Notes under the pieces: generated by a model
What the model was told of the DNA's origin: nothing
The model's database searches: none
Seen by the model: only the letters and a program-made list of their open reading frames with translations
Assembly (NCBI GenBank): GCA_043811005.1
Contig: JBDRNO010000240.1
Location: forward strand, 467 to 64,466
Source of the DNA: Bacteroidota bacterium
Lineage (GTDB): Bacteria; Bacteroidota; Bacteroidia; NORP154
Length of the DNA: 64,000 bases
Direction of reading: 5' to 3'
Position numbers and translations under genes: made by a program
Part shown: piece by piece, positions 54,667 through 64,000 of the stretch
Numbering within the stretch: position 1 is the first letter of the stretch
How the letters are laid out: every line of letters begins with the position of its first letter

Positions 54667-55984
54667 TTTTTAATTCTTCAGGTAGTGTAAACACAACTAC
54701 TTTATCACCTGCCAGTATATGAAAATCACCGAATGGAATATAACTTTTTTCACCCCTTATAACCCCGCCTATCACTGCGCCTTTAGGGAAATTACTGTTC
54801 TTTATCTGATACCGTGTTATTCTCGCCCTGTCGCTTACTTCATATTCTATTATCTCGGCATTTACTCCGTGTAAGCTGGTTACTGCCTTTACCCGTCCTT
54901 TTCTGACGTACCTGAATATTTCGTTGGCAGCTATGAGTTTCCTGTTAATCAAGGTATCAACACCTATTGTCTGGGAAAGAGGTATATAATCAATATTATC
55001 AACTAATGCTATGGTTTTATATACATTGTGCCTTTTTGCTACCAGGCAGGAGATGATATTCTTACCTGAATCTTCTGTTAATGCAACAAAGGCATCCATA
55101 TTTGATAATCCTTCTTCTTCCAGTAACTCAACGTTGCTTCCATCACCGTTTATAACCAAAGTTTTATTCAATCTTTCAGCAAGCTCAAGGCATTTATCTT
55201 TATTGATCTCAATTAACTTTACCTGATATTCTTTTTCCAGTTGCTGAGCCGATAAAATCCCAATGGAACTTCCGCCAAATATCATTATTTTTTTCATTTC
55301 TCTTTTTTCTTTACCCATTATTTTCTCTATACTGTCAATCCCACTGTTTTGCGTAATGAAGTAAATATGGTCATTTATCCTTAGATGTGTTGAACCCCTC
55401 GGTATAATGGTCTCACTCCCCCTTTGTATCGCAATTGGTTTAAAGGTAAAGTCTGGATTAAGGTGTATTGTGTTAATAATTGTCTGGTCAATAACCGGTG
55501 AATTTTCCTCCAAAGTCATACCTATTAAAAAAAGTTTACCGTTCTCAAACTCGTAAATATCAGTTAAGGCAGCTTCATGGATCAACCTGTATATCTCCTT
55601 CGCAGCCAGCAGTTTAGGAGAAATCAGAGAATCTATTCCTATCTTTTCAAAATCAGCCCTTATCCCTTCAGCTAAATATTCATTCTTATTAATTCGGGCT
55701 ATTGTTTTAGCAACACCTAATCGTTTACCAATAACAGCAGTGACAATATTTGCATTTCCTGAAGAAGTAACCGCAATCAAAAGGTCGGCTTTTTTAACAT
55801 TTGCCTCTAACAATGTTCTTATTGATGTAGAATCCCCTTTCAGCGTAAGTACATCAATATGTGACTGGGCATAGTCCAGCACATCCTGGTTTGTGTCTAT
55901 TAACACGATATTCTGTGCTTCACTTGATAATAATTGGGCAATGTGAAATCCAACTTCACCCGCACCGGCTATAACTATTTTCAT
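54644..55984 (-). CDS. trkA: Trk system NAD-binding protein TrkA
   Basis: MKIVIAGAGEVGFHIAQLL and a second Rossmann repeat MIFGGSSIG, 446 aa. Confidence 0.85.
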   Translation of the reverse strand: MKIVIAGAGEVGFHIAQLLSSEAQNIVLIDTNQDVLDYAQSHIDVLTLKGDSTSIRTLLEANVKKADLLIAVTSSGNANIVTAVIGKRLGVAKTIARINKNEYLAEGIRADFEKIGIDSLISPKLLAAKEIYRLIHEAALTDIYEFENGKLFLIGMTLEENSPVIDQTIINTIHLNPDFTFKPIAIQRGSETIIPRGSTHLRINDHIYFITQNSGIDSIEKIMGKEKREMKKIMIFGGSSIGILSAQQLEKEYQVKLIEINKDKCLELAERLNKTLVINGDGSNVELLEEEGLSNMDAFVALTEDSGKNIISCLVAKRHNVYKTIALVDNIDYIPLSQTIGVDTLINRKLIAANEIFRYVRKGRVKAVTSLHGVNAEIIEYEVSDRARITRYQIKNSNFPKGAVIGGVIRGEKSYIPFGDFHILAGDKVVVFTLPEELKNVAKFFK

Positions 55985-56072
55985 AAAATAAAGATTAGCA
56001 GGAAGTTATATTTTTTTTTAATCCAGAACAAATTTTTCCAGTTCAATAAATTCCATATAGGCGCTTAAAAAA

Positions 56073-56180
56073 ACAAGTTGACAGTTGACAGTATGCAGTT
56101 GGCAAAAAACAAATTGCTTACTGCCTACAGTCAATCAGATAGCTGTCGGATGCCTACTTGTATCAAATTTCAGCAAGATT
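56073..56180. repeat. intergenic repeat family 3, long copy
   Basis: See 45369-45440. Contains the internal hairpin GTTGACAGT...ACTGCCTACAGTCAA. Confidence 0.8.
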
Positions 56181-56236
56181 TAATTCCTGCTAAAAGCTGG
56201 TTTTATTTAAAACTCGATTTTAAATAAACGTAGGTA

Positions 56237-56731
56237 CTAATCTCTTTTTTTAATGGGAGTAGCATCCTTGGTCACTTTTTTTAGCGGAACAGTTTCTTCT
56301 TTTACGGGAACTGTCTCTTCTTTTGGCTGAACAGGTTTAGGTTCTACTGTTCCTTTGATTGTTAATTTTTTGCTTGGTGTTATAGCATTTGATGTGATAG
56401 TTATTGGTTTGGTGAATTGTCCAACCCGAGTAGTTGTGTATTTTACTTTAATTATGCCTGAATCACCTGGCATAATGGGTTCTCGTGGCCAACTGGGCAC
56501 GGTGCACCCTCATGTCCCCTTTGCATTCGAAATAATTAACGGCTCTCTTCCTGTGTTAGTGAATTTGAATTCACGCTCACCATTACTGTTATATTCAATA
56601 GTGCCGTAATCAATTACTTCTGTTTCAAAAACAATTTCAGGGGCATTGATATTTTCCTTTGTCGCTTCCTGTGCAGAAACTCCATAAAACACACACAGGA
56701 ACAACACTGAAATTAACAGTACTTTTTTCAT
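56237..56731 (-). CDS. DUF1573 domain lipoprotein/secreted protein with in-frame TGA (candidate selenocysteine) at 56510-56512
   Basis: ORFs 56510..56731 and 56237..56500 are in the same frame, separated only by TGA GGG TGC ACC. The joined sequence reads ..PLIISNAKGT-[TGA]-GCTVPSWPREPIMPGDSG.. against the family pattern SCGCTVP.WP..PI.PG. Confidence 0.6.
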
Positions 56732-57128
56732 CTTTTTTGGTTTTTAACGCCTGCTTGCTTTCGCGTAGTTTCAGCGAAGCAAAGTCGGCAGAAATGGTTA
56801 ATAAAATTGGTTAACTAATTTAGTAAAAAAAAACAGCAATTAAATCCCTTTATGCTTTAAATAATTATCAAAACATAAGTTGCAGGGGGAAAGAAAATTA
56901 TGAAAGCATTTCATATACCCGGCAAAATTACAAATTTTGTTTTTCTTTAGAATAAAACAATAAAAAAAATTGACAAAATCAAATTTTGCAATTTGCATTA
57001 TGTTTTTATTTAATCAACCTAATAAAGCAAGAATCAACAACACCCCACCTATAATAAGGATAATTATTATATCTCATATATTATCAGGCACTTTCCCCTT
57101 CCAGTTCATAATGTATTTTTATGATTAG

Positions 57129-57602
57129 TTACTCTTTTTTAATAGGAGTAGCACCCTCAGTTACTTTTTTCACCGGAACCGTCTCTTCTTTTGGCTGCAC
57201 GGGTTTAGGTTTTACTGTTCCTTTGATTGTCAACCTTTTATTAGATGTTTTGGCATTTGATGTGATAGTTATTGGTTTGGTGAATTGTCCAACCCGCGTA
57301 GTCGCATATTTTACTTTAATTATACCTGAATCACCTGGCATAATGGAATCTCGTGGCCAACTGGGCACGGTGCACCCTCATGTCCCCTTTGCATTCGAAA
57401 TAATTAACGGCTCTTTACCTGTGTTGGTGAACTTGAATTCACGCTCACCATTACTGTTATATTCAATAGTGCCGTAATCAATTACTTCTGTTTCAAAAAC
57501 AATTTCAGGAGCATTTACATTATTTTCCTTTGTCGCTTCCTGTGCAGAAGCTCCATATAACATACACAGGAACAACCATGAAGTTAACATTACTTTTTTC
57601 AT
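57129..57602 (-). CDS. DUF1573 domain paralog with in-frame TGA (candidate selenocysteine) at 57378-57380
   Basis: Same architecture as 56237..56731. ORFs 57378..57602 and 57129..57368 are in frame, 9 nt plus the TGA apart. Confidence 0.6.
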
Positions 57603-57930
57603 CTTTATTGGTTTTTAAAACCTGCTTGTTTGCTTTCGCGTAACTTCTGCGAAGCAAAGTAAACAGATATGGTTAATAAATTGGTTAGTTAATTTAGTAA
57701 AATTCGTCACAATTCTTCTATCTCTTCAATCATATGAACTTATGCATCATATACAACGTAATCGCTATCAGTACAACGAAAATTTTTATTAAAGTTTTAA
57801 TTTGCTCCTTTTTCATAATTCAATATAAGTCCAATTAAAGAATTGCTGTTATCATAATAAACAGCAATAAAATTCCCCCTATAATTTGAACAGCTATCAA
57901 ACCACAGGAAAAAAGGTAGAAATAAAATGG

Positions 57931-58299
57931 TTAAAGAATAAAAACGCTATTAAGAAGGTATAGCTGGATAGAAGAAAAACAGCCCCAGGAATTTACTGAA
58001 GAAATATACTTTTTAGCAGAAGTATCGTAAATGGAAAAGATTGCAGTAAAATGACAGAAGACTTTAATATTGTCTTTTACACTCTCTTTAATTTCTTTCT
58101 CATCTTCAAAAAGCAGATTGCTATAATTGGGAAATTTTTCGGGATTCCTTTTACTTCCTTTGTCCTTAGTTATTTGCATTTTCTCTGAAAAGGAAAGCAA
58201 AGTTTTGCCTGTAAAGTATACCTGGTTGTACGAAAAGGCATAACTACCTGAAAGTAGAATAAATAAACAGAGGTTAATATGGATTAAAGTCCGGATCAT
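57931..58299 (-). CDS. hypothetical protein with N-terminal signal-like segment
   Basis: 122-aa ORF. A TAATTTTG box lies about 25 nt upstream. No family recognised. Confidence 0.35.
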   Translation of the reverse strand: MIRTLIHINLCLFILLSGSYAFSYNQVYFTGKTLLSFSEKMQITKDKGSKRNPEKFPNYSNLLFEDEKEIKESVKDNIKVFCHFTAIFSIYDTSAKKYISSVNSWGCFSSIQLYLLNSVFIL

Positions 58300-58382
58300 T
58301 ATAAAGGCATTTCATATACACTACAAAATTACAAATTTAAATGAATATTTATAATCACAAATTACAAGCACCAAATAACAAA

Positions 58383-60167
58383 TCAATCTTCAGAAAATTC
58401 AATGAGCATCTGCCTGTATACTGAAAATAATCTCGTTTTCAGAATGAACCCGATGTATTCTCCTTCATCAATAACCGGGAGACTCCAGGCATTAGCTTCT
58501 TCAAATTTTTTCATTACCTCATCCATTGGATCGGTTGACGAAACATAAGTTGTAGGCAGTATCATTAAACTGCTTACTAATGTATTATCATACATTTCCC
58601 GGTTAAACATTATATCCCTTATGCTATCCATCGGAACAATACCTAATAGCATATTGTTTTCATCTACAACCGGAAATATATTTCTTTGGGAGCGGGAAAT
58701 AATTTTCACCAATTCTCCGAGGGTAGCATCAGGTTGAACTTTTTGAATGTCTTTCTCTATCAGGTCTTCTAATTTCATAAGTGATAATACGGCTTTGTCT
58801 TTATGGTGGGTGATCAGCTCCCCTCTCTTTGCCAAGCTCTTGGTATAAATCGAATGTGGTTCATAATACATTATCGTGAAATAAGATATGGCAGAAGTAA
58901 CCATTAGCGGTATAAATAATTCATACCCGTCTGTGAGTTCAGCTATCAGGAATATTGCGGTCAGGGGTGCATGTATAACACCTGCGATCAAGCCAGCCAT
59001 TCCAACGAGGGCAAAATTACTTTCGGATAATTGTGTAAGATTAAGCAGGTTAAATATTTTCGCATATACGTATCCCATAATTCCGCCCATAAAGAATATC
59101 GGGGCAAAATAACCGCCAATTCCTCCACTGCAGAGTGTAATTGATGTAGCTAATACTTTAAATGCAAAAATAAAGAACAGGAATATCAAAAAGAACCAAA
59201 TATTATCTTTAAAAGAATAGAACAAACTGTTATTTAGTAAATCTCCTGAGTTCCCGCTTAAAATAGCTTTTAATGTCAGGTAACCCTCACCATAAAGTGG
59301 AGGAAAGATAAAAATGAGAATTCCCAATGCCAAACCACCAATAAGTAACCGCCGGTAAGAATTTTGAATTAATTCAAATTTCCCTTCGATCAATGCGTTC
59401 ATCCTTGTGAAATATACCGAGACCAAACCAGCGATTATTCCCAAGACAATATAAAAAGGGAGATGATTAATATTGAAGTTATCTTTTAGGGAAAAATAAA
59501 ATAATATCTGCTTACCCAAAAGCAAATTTGCCATTAATGCACCTGAAACCGAAGCCATCAGCAGTGGAATGATGGAAGCAATGGTCAGGTCGAGCATCAG
59601 CACTTCCAACGAGAAGATAAGTGCAGCGATCGGAGCTTTGAAAATTGCTGCCATAGCGCCTGTAGCGCCACATGCAACCATGAGGGTTGTGGTCTTATAA
59701 TTTAAACGAAACAATTGTCCAATGTTGGAGCCGATAGCTCCTCCAGTACCAACGATAGGCGCTTCCATACCTACAGAACCGCCAAACCCACCTGTGAATG
59801 TACAAGCTATTATTGATGAATACACATTATGAAGCTTAATTATACTGCTTTTTCGTGAAATAGCTTGTAGAATATTTGTTATACCATGTCCTAAACGTTG
59901 TTGCCCGGTAAAAAATCTGATGTAAACAACAGTAATAAATATCCCGATCAAAGGATAAGCAAGTAAAAGATAGTTTTCCTCACGAATATCAAAAAACCCG
60001 CTTTTTGTAAAAAGAATTTCAATATAATGTACGGTGGTTTTGAGTGTAACAGCTGCTAACCCTGATATGATCCCGATAATAATGCTTAATATCAGGATAA
60101 AATACCTGTGCTTAATGTTTTTTACCTTCCAGATCAAAAACCTGCCGTAAATGGATGGATTTTTCAT
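58383..60167 (-). CDS. ClC-family chloride channel with C-terminal CBS pair
   Basis: 594 aa. GGFGGSVGMEAP and GYFAP-type ClC motifs. The C-terminal ~140 aa are CBS-like. Confidence 0.8.
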   Translation of the reverse strand: MKNPSIYGRFLIWKVKNIKHRYFILILSIIIGIISGLAAVTLKTTVHYIEILFTKSGFFDIREENYLLLAYPLIGIFITVVYIRFFTGQQRLGHGITNILQAISRKSSIIKLHNVYSSIIACTFTGGFGGSVGMEAPIVGTGGAIGSNIGQLFRLNYKTTTLMVACGATGAMAAIFKAPIAALIFSLEVLMLDLTIASIIPLLMASVSGALMANLLLGKQILFYFSLKDNFNINHLPFYIVLGIIAGLVSVYFTRMNALIEGKFELIQNSYRRLLIGGLALGILIFIFPPLYGEGYLTLKAILSGNSGDLLNNSLFYSFKDNIWFFLIFLFFIFAFKVLATSITLCSGGIGGYFAPIFFMGGIMGYVYAKIFNLLNLTQLSESNFALVGMAGLIAGVIHAPLTAIFLIAELTDGYELFIPLMVTSAISYFTIMYYEPHSIYTKSLAKRGELITHHKDKAVLSLMKLEDLIEKDIQKVQPDATLGELVKIISRSQRNIFPVVDENNMLLGIVPMDSIRDIMFNREMYDNTLVSSLMILPTTYVSSTDPMDEVMKKFEEANAWSLPVIDEGEYIGFILKTRLFSVYRQMLIEFSED

Positions 60168-60288
60168 AACGGCAAAACTAATTTATAGAATAGGAATTTC
60201 AATGTTTTAAATACAATTTATTTTTTAAATTAATTTACGAAGTTATATCCTTAATATTGGAACACTTTTTGTATTATATCTCTCTGTT

Positions 60289-61098
60289 ATGAAGAAGTTT
60301 CTATTTTATTGTATCGAAATTCCAATTTTCATCCTTTTCCAATCTTTTTCTTGGGGACAAACCTCCCTTTATACAGGAGATGGACTTCGCAATCACACTA
60401 ATGAGGCATTTCAGAGGGGCGAAGCATTAAAATACAGGGTGCATTACGGTTGGATAGATGCCGGTGAAGCTATTTTAAAAGTAACGTATGAGAACAAAAA
60501 GATCAAGAACAGAAATACCTATCACATAGTTGGGACAGGGCGCACATTGAATGTTTTCAACTGGTTCTTTAAAGTAAAAGACAGGTACGAGACCTATATT
60601 GACGAGGAAGCGCTTGTACCGTGGATATTTATCAGGAGAGTTGATGAAGGCGGTTATATCATTAACCAGGATCAGATCTATGATCATTATAACAATACTG
60701 TAAACAGTAACGGTAAGATATTAGAAGTTCCTGACGGAATCCAGGATATGCTTTCGGTTTATTATTTTGGCCGCTGTGTTGATTTATCCGGTTCAAAGCC
60801 GGGTGATGTTTTTACTTTTTTAACTTTTGTTGATAATGAGATATTCACTTTGAAAGTAAAATACATGGGAAAAGAGAAGGTTGAAAATAATCTCGGCACA
60901 TTCAATTGCGTTAAATTCCATCCGGTTATCCAGGAGGGGCGGGTTTTTAATGCAGAGAAAGACCTCAGCATCTGGTTGTCAGATGATAAGAACCATATAC
61001 CTATCCGCCTGGAAGCAAAACTTTTTGTCGGCTCAGTCAGGATGGACCTCAAATCCTATTCAGGACTTGTTAATCCAATAGCTATTGTTGAGGAGTAG
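60289..61098 (+). CDS. DUF3108 domain protein
   Basis: Signal peptide followed by GEALKYRVHYGWIDAGEAILKV and a C-terminal ..LEAKLFVGSVRMDL pattern. Confidence 0.65.
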   Translation: MKKFLFYCIEIPIFILFQSFSWGQTSLYTGDGLRNHTNEAFQRGEALKYRVHYGWIDAGEAILKVTYENKKIKNRNTYHIVGTGRTLNVFNWFFKVKDRYETYIDEEALVPWIFIRRVDEGGYIINQDQIYDHYNNTVNSNGKILEVPDGIQDMLSVYYFGRCVDLSGSKPGDVFTFLTFVDNEIFTLKVKYMGKEKVENNLGTFNCVKFHPVIQEGRVFNAEKDLSIWLSDDKNHIPIRLEAKLFVGSVRMDLKSYSGLVNPIAIVEE

Positions 61099-61221
61099 TA
61101 TACTAGGCTCACAAAAAATATTAATAAAAAACCACAGATTACACAGATTTCACTGATATATTTAATTATATCGGAATTTCAATTTTTCAACCTGATATAC
61201 CGGCATTATATGTTTTTTATA

Positions 61222-61384
61222 TTTAATAATCTGTTTCTGGGTTCTGGGTTTTATACTCAGACTCCGTAACCAGTACATACCACCCAGTACCCAGTTACCA
61301 GTACCCAGTAACATTACTTTATTTATACTTAACTCAATTCTAAATAATTTCTTTTTTAAATCACTTTACGAAGTTATGTTCTTA
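61222..61384. repeat. intergenic repeat family 1, copy B
   Basis: See 24529-24711. Confidence 0.85.
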
Positions 61385-61416
61385 TACTTGCAATTATTTA
61401 AGTAAACAAGAACAAT

Positions 61417-62709
61417 TTGAAACTTAAAACTTCAAACCTGAAACTATACATAGGTGTAGGAATTGGAATATTATTTCTTCTCCTTATTATTGATTATATA
61501 GTCAAGAATAAAAGTCCGGTTTTCCTTGACTCATTACACAGCGAAGTTGATAGCCCTTCAACAGAAGTTATTGCCACCCCTCAAAACTATTATGTGGAAA
61601 AAGGGATCGTTAGCGATTCACTATTGATCTATGAAGGTACTGTAAAACGCGATCAGAACCTTTCCGAAATATTGCTGAAGTATGATGTTTCCTATGCTGT
61701 TATTGATAAGCTGGCAAAAAGGTCAAAAGAAATCTTTGATGTGAGAAAGATCAATACCGGTAAAAAGTACCTTGTCTATTATTCGGAAGATTCATTGCAA
61801 AAAGCACAATGCTTTATTTACGAGGTGGATGCGGTAAATTATGTTGTATTCAATTTGGGAGATTCCCTGCATATCTATAAAGATGAAAAAGAGGTTGAAA
61901 CCAGTATACGAACAGCTTCTGGTGTTATTAACTCTTCTTTATGGCAAACAATGGATGATAATAAACTCAATCTGAACCTTCCTTTGGAATTGGCTGAAAT
62001 TTATGCCTGGGCAGTGGATTTTTACAGGATACAAAAGGGAGATGCCTTTAGTGTGATCTATGAAGAAAAATTTGTCGAGAACAAATCAATTGGTATTGGC
62101 AAAATACACGCATCATGCTTTACACATAGCAATGAAGATTTTTATGCGATTTATTTCAAGCAGGGTAAGGAAGATGATTATTTTGATGAGAATGCCCAGA
62201 GTTTAAGAAAAGCTTTTCTCAAGTCGCCTTTAAAATATTCACGGATAAGTTCGGGATACAGCTTAAAGAGGTTTCATCCTGTTCAAAAGAGATACAAGGC
62301 ACATTTAGGTGTTGATTATGCAGCACCCAAAGGTACGCCAATCATGGCCACAGGAGATGGAGTTGTTACTGAAGCACGATACAAAGGAGGTAATGGAAAT
62401 TACGTTAAAATAAGGCATAATAGCGTGCATTCCACACAATATCTGCACATGTCAAAAATTAAAAAAGGCATAAGACCGGGAGTAATGGTTAAACAGAAAG
62501 ATATAATCGGATATGTGGGCAGCACAGGTCTGTCAACCGGCCCGCATGTCTGTTACAGGTTCTGGAAAAACGGTAAGCAGGTAAATCCATTAAGGATCAA
62601 GATGCCACCATCTAATCCTGTTAAGCAGGAGTATATGGAAGAGTACAACAAAGTAAAAGAGAAGATGATAAAGGCATTGGAGAAAATAGATCAAAATGTT
62701 GAAGCATGA
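61417..62709 (+). CDS. M23 family metallopeptidase with N-terminal membrane anchor
   Basis: HLGVDYAAPKGTPIMATGDG and GYVGSTGLSTGPHVCY motifs. TTG start. Confidence 0.8.
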   Translation: MKLKTSNLKLYIGVGIGILFLLLIIDYIVKNKSPVFLDSLHSEVDSPSTEVIATPQNYYVEKGIVSDSLLIYEGTVKRDQNLSEILLKYDVSYAVIDKLAKRSKEIFDVRKINTGKKYLVYYSEDSLQKAQCFIYEVDAVNYVVFNLGDSLHIYKDEKEVETSIRTASGVINSSLWQTMDDNKLNLNLPLELAEIYAWAVDFYRIQKGDAFSVIYEEKFVENKSIGIGKIHASCFTHSNEDFYAIYFKQGKEDDYFDENAQSLRKAFLKSPLKYSRISSGYSLKRFHPVQKRYKAHLGVDYAAPKGTPIMATGDGVVTEARYKGGNGNYVKIRHNSVHSTQYLHMSKIKKGIRPGVMVKQKDIIGYVGSTGLSTGPHVCYRFWKNGKQVNPLRIKMPPSNPVKQEYMEEYNKVKEKMIKALEKIDQNVEA

Positions 62710-62939
62710 GTTAGTTGAATTAGTAAATCGGTGTAACTGGGAAGTAAGGACATAATTACGTAACTTGTTGCTAAAGATATGAGATATTATTTTTTAATCA
62801 TATTGATTAAAAAGGAATTAATCGGAAATTTCAATGCTTATTTTAAAATTTAACGGCTCTGTCCTTGTTATTTGTTATTAGTTATTGGTAATTTGTTAAA
62901 AAAGATGTATCTATGTGCCATTAATCAAAAAAATATTTT

Positions 62940-64000
62940 ATGAGTAAAATCCAAACAATCAACCCTGCAACAAACCAAGTCATAAAAACTTTTGAAGAGG
63001 ATAGCGATACAACTATTCTTAAAAGCATTGAAGGTGCTAACAAGTTTTTTGAAAAATACAAAAAAACATCTTTTGCACAAAGGAGTAAACTAATGCATAA
63101 AGCGTCAGATATTCTGCTGGATGAGAAAGAGCGCTTTGCAAAACTGATGACCATTGAAATGGGAAAACCCATTAAAGAGGCGATTGCCGAAATCGAAAAA
63201 TGCGCCTGGGTATGCAGGTATTATGCAGATAATGCAGAGCGGTTCTTAATGGATGAGAAAATAAAGACAGAAGCCGCATCAAGCTTCATAAGCTATGAGC
63301 CATTGGGGATAATTTTGGCTGTAATGCCCTGGAATTTCCCTTTCTGGCAGGTTTTCAGGTTTGCCGCACCTGCATTGATGGCAGGTAATGTCTGTTTGTT
63401 GAAACATGCTTCTAACGTACCCCAGTGCGCATTAGCAATCGAAGAGGTCTTCAGGAAGGCGAAGTTTGGGAATGCAGCATTTAAAACATTGCTCATCGGT
63501 TCAGCTTGTGTGAGCAAGATCATTGAGGATGACAGGGTACAGGCAGTGACCTTAACCGGAAGTGATATTGCAGGTGCCAGTGTTGGCGAAGTGGCAGGAA
63601 GAAATATAAAAAAGGTGGTCTTGGAACTTGGTGGTAGTGATCCATTTATTGTTCTGGAAGATGCCGATATTGAGACTGCTGCTCAAACTGCCGTTACTTC
63701 AAGGATGATCAGCACCGGACAGAGCTGCATTGCCGCCAAACGGTTTATTGTAATGGAAATAATAGCCAATGATTTTGTAAAATTAATGAAACAAAAGATG
63801 TCTTCGCTTATTATAGGTGATCCCATGGATGAAGCAACAGAGGTTGGTCCTTTAGCGAGAATGGACATGGTGGATGAGCTCTCAAGGCAGGTGGAAGAAT
63901 CAATAAGAAAAGGAGCAAAAGTTGTTCTTGGTGCAGATATTACTGAAAGAAAAGGGGCGTATTACTCTCCTACCATATTAAAAAATGTTAAGCCGGGAAT
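62940..64000 (+). CDS. NAD(P)-dependent succinate-semialdehyde/aldehyde dehydrogenase, 3' end outside window
   Basis: Absent from the ORF track because no stop lies within the window. My translation from the ATG at 62940 gives [20 protein letters not shown]...PWNFPFWQ...[10 protein letters not shown]...[10 protein letters not shown]. Confidence 0.85.
   Translation, partial: MSKIQTINPATNQVIKTFEEDSDTTILKSIEGANKFFEKYKKTSFAQRSKLMHKASDILLDEKERFAKLMTIEMGKPIKEAIAEIEKCAWVCRYYADNAERFLMDEKIKTEAASSFISYEPLGIILAVMPWNFPFWQVFRFAAPALMAGNVCLLKHASNVPQCALAIEEVFRKAKFGNAAFKTLLIGSACVSKIIEDDRVQAVTLTGSDIAGASVGEVAGRNIKKVVLELGGSDPFIVLEDADIETAAQTAVTSRMISTGQSCIAAKRFIVMEIIANDFVKLMKQKMSSLIIGDPMDEATEVGPLARMDMVDELSRQVEESIRKGAKVVLGADITERKGAYYSPTILKNVKPG

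Noticed and set aside
56510-56512. In-frame TGA explained by an alternative genetic code (TGA as Trp or Gly)
   Set aside because: TGA ends well-supported genes at their expected C-termini elsewhere in the window (12943-12945, 33493-33495, 62707-62709). Long ORFs are not systematically broken by TGA.

Overview
AT-rich chromosomal segment that looks like an uncultured Bacteroidota genome: it has a T9SS C-terminal sorting domain, DUF1573/DUF3108/DUF3098 proteins, ftsX-DUF3098-uppP synteny and mostly SD-less starts. About 55 CDSs can be supported. I saw no rRNA, tRNA or CRISPR array.

Content, left to right:
- T9SS-secreted serine protease and an IS1-family transposase.
- AGPS-like FAD oxidase, GMC oxidoreductase and a membrane protein.
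- EEP-family protein.
- Three-gene hipB-hipS-hipT type toxin-antitoxin module.
- Plus-strand xanthine-dehydrogenase-family molybdoenzyme cluster (FAD, 2Fe-2S and Mo subunits, CoxG) with thiolase-like and FadN-like genes.
- Minus-strand array with a second Mo-hydroxylase set, two aminotransferases, Zn-ADH, DhnA-type aldolase, iorB, an EF-G paralog and a 1216-aa IorA carrying an inserted GltD-like flavoprotein module.
- Five-gene operon (cupin, GNAT, amidinotransferase, PhzF, VOC).
- Small defence island: N6-adenine MTase plus putative REase, a SIR2-domain protein and a truncated tyrosine recombinase.
- Housekeeping genes: uppP, ftsX, leuS, trkA/trkH, ClC channel, M23 peptidase, partial SSADH.

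Most notable observations:
1. Two tandem DUF1573 genes each keep an in-frame TGA at the position of a family-conserved Cys, which makes them candidate selenoproteins.
2. leuS carries an in-frame DUF559 endonuclease module bounded by GC-rich hairpins, and also has a frameshift in an A10 run.
3. Perfect palindromes and hairpin tandem repeats are inserted in frame in coding sequence, four in the iorA fusion gene and one in the FAD oxidase. One of them is identical to an intergenic copy. This recalls Rickettsia palindromic elements.
4. Several families of intergenic hairpin repeats and recurrent short motifs sit at gene boundaries.

All functional calls rest on motif recognition by eye. No database search or folding program was run.
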